A DNA stretch of 64,000 bases, from contig NC_068989.1 in assembly GCF_001194135.2 (NCBI RefSeq), positions 80,723,783-80,787,782 of the forward strand. The letters run 5' to 3'. The DNA is from Octopus bimaculoides (Eukaryota). A program made the translations under genes and the position numbers. Shown here in pieces: positions 61,501-64,000 of this stretch. The notes beneath the pieces were generated by a model. The model saw only the letters and a list, made by a program, of their open reading frames with translations. It searched no databases and was not told where the DNA came from. Numbering within the stretch: position 1 is the stretch's first letter; each line of letters opens with the position of its first letter.

Positions 61501-64000
61501 TAATTTTGTTTAAAGCATACTTCAGTGCATGCGATAGAATATTTACTTTCTTTAATCAAACAGGGCCCATTAGCTACTTTCAGAAAAAGAGTTAGGAGAA
61601 AGAGGAGAGGCAGTAATGCTACAAAAAGTCTTGATATCCATGCATATTGAAGGTAGCAAATAAAAGATGGTAATGAAATAATTCACAAAAAAAATTTTAT
61701 GAAATACATTGAAATAATAAAAGAAGAGATAGTGATAAAATATAGTCAATGTGATGACAATAAAGGAGCTAACAGAAGGGAATAAAATGGTAATAAAAGA
61801 ATTGGTAAAAGAATATTGAAATGATGGAAACTTCCAACATTTGGAAAGGTATTTGTGAAGCTTGAATTTACAGAGACCAATGTGATATTCTGCAGAAAAA
61901 TAATCTTTTCTGCTCTAGGCACAAGGCCCGAAATTTTTGGGGAGGGGGACAGTTGATTAGATCCACCCCAGTACGCAACTGGTACTTAATTTATCAACCC
62001 CGAAAGGATGAAAGGCAAAGTCGACTTTGGCAGAATTTGAACTCAGAACGTAAAGACAGACGAAATATCGCTGACCAGCTCGCGGCCTTATTCTGGAGAA
62101 AAATAATGGAGAGAGAGTCTATTCCATAATTCAACTGTTCTAAGGGGAAAATGCTTTGTTCATGGAACTTGCAGCATGTCTGTGACTCTTTGATCTTACT
62201 AAGTTATTAGCATGAGCCAGACTTCTCTAAATTTTCTGCAAATATATTAATACAATCTTTCTATATGCAACAAAACTTCGAAGTATTGTTATACAGAGAA
62301 ATATTTTTATATCAGTGCCTCTATGGCTGTGGTGTGAAGCAACTTCATTGCTGTAGGTTCTATTCTACTGTGTGGAACCTTGAGCAATGAGTACCATGGT
62401 TTGTCCAGTGGCTTAAGAGAGGAATTTGGGAGGCACAAACTGTGCAGATACCAGTCATTATATCATGGCCATGCTGGTGCACCACCTTGAAGGGTTTATG
62501 GTCAAACAAATCAACCCCAGTACTTTTTCTTTATAGTCTGGTACTTATTCTGTTGGTCTCTTTTCGCAGAATCACTGAGTTACAGGGATGTAGACAAACC
62601 AACACCAACAGTCAATTGGAAGGGGCCTACACACATATATATATATATGTGATGGGCTTCTTTCAGTTTCCATCTACCAAATCCACTAACAAGGAATTGG
62701 TTGGCTTAGGGTTATAGTAGAAGACACCCAGGGTGCCATGTGGTTTGGAAGCAAACTTCTTACTACACAGCCACATCATTAGGGTCCTACGTCTTTTGAT
62801 AAACCTTACAAGTAAAGCTGCATATTTTCACATCCATATTGCTGGAATGAGATGATTTAGCACAGTTGTTTGCACTCAGAGGATTTGGCACAACTGACTT
62901 GACATTCAGCCTGTTTTGGCAACAATATTTTTGTGATGCTGGAGGCAAACACACATCATCATCATCATTTAACGTCCGCTCTCCATGCTAGCATGGGTTG
63001 GACGATTTGACTGAGGACTGGTGAACCAGATGACTACACCAGGCTCCAATCTGATTTCGCAGAGTTTCTACAGCTGGATGCCCTTCCTAATGCCAACCAC
63101 TCCGAGAGTGTAGTGGGTACTTTTACATGCCACCAGCATGAAGGCCAGTCAGGTGGTACTGGCAACGGCCATGCTCAAAATGGTGTATTTTACGTGCCAC
63201 CTGCACAGGAGCCAGTCCAGCGGTACTGGCAACGNNNNNNNNNNNNNNNNNNNNNNNNNNNNNNNNNNNNNNNNNNNNNNNNNNNNNNNNNNNNNNNNNN
63301 NNNNNNNNNNNNNNNNNNNNNNNNNNNNNNNNNNNNNNNNNNNNNNNNNNNNNNNNNNNNNNNNNNNNNNNNNNNNNNNNNNNNNNNNNNNNNNNNNNNN
63401 NNNNNNNNNNNNNNNNNNNNNNNNNNNNNNNNNNNNNNNNNNNNNNNNNNNNNNNNNNNNNNNNNNNNNNNNNNNNNNNNNNNNNNNNNNNNNNNNNNNN
63501 NNNNNNNNTACACGAGTGCAAAAATATTAAAATAGAAAAAGAGACACTGCAATTTATTAATCGAACACAATTAATGTAAACACTTTAACTTCTCCTCATA
63601 CACATAAAGTGAAATATGCTCACACACATAAAGCAAGAGAAAGGGAGGGAAAGAGCAAGAGAAATATTAAGACGTCCCATGTCAAACACACACATAAAGA
63701 TAGAAAAGGAGGGAGGGAAAGAGAGAGAGGGAAACATTAAAACGTCTGATGTCAAAAAAGTCAGCATCGAATCAGCAGTGCCAAAACAGTTGTGCCAAAA
63801 CATCTCGTATCCTCAGTATACAGTTCATCAAGCTAAGTAAAACTGTAGTCATGGTCACGTAAAAGACACCCATTACACTCTTGGAGTGGTTGGTGTTAGG
63901 AAGGGCATCCAACCATAGAAACCAAGCCAAATCAAACTTGAATCTGGTGTAGGTCTCTGGTTTACCACTTACAGTAAACCCATCTAACCCATGCCAGCAT

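Noticed and set aside
6890-62717. Many 60-130 aa ORFs with recurring text such as LQLDALPNANH, STKSTHKAL or HTHTHT
   Set aside because: They are translations of SINE copies and microsatellites, not genes.

Overview
AT-rich, repeat-dense eukaryotic genomic DNA with many N gaps. The SINE/RTE repeat repertoire and microsatellite density point to an octopod cephalopod, probably Octopus (recognised by eye, not searched). One spliced protein-coding gene is supported on the + strand, a likely GARRE1/KIAA0355 orthologue. Its coding exons are 22391-22969, 31891-32638, 38825 into the gap at 39380, and 49476-49598. The first two junctions are phase-compatible; the 3' end is unresolved. The rest is intron or flank filled with tRNA-derived SINEs, RTE and CR1/L2-like LINE fragments, hAT, piggyBac and Tc1/mariner-type MITEs, a Helitron-like element and microsatellites. 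Items worth a second look: five degenerate hammerhead-ribozyme-like motifs in the gene's introns, a perfect fold-back mosaic at 1-773, a candidate recursive splice site, an alternative donor that could remove most of the N-terminal helical domain, and inverted SINE pairs bracketing exons. No prokaryotic features, CRISPR array, rRNA or bona fide tRNA gene were seen. Family assignments rely on recalled motifs; no alignment or database search was run.
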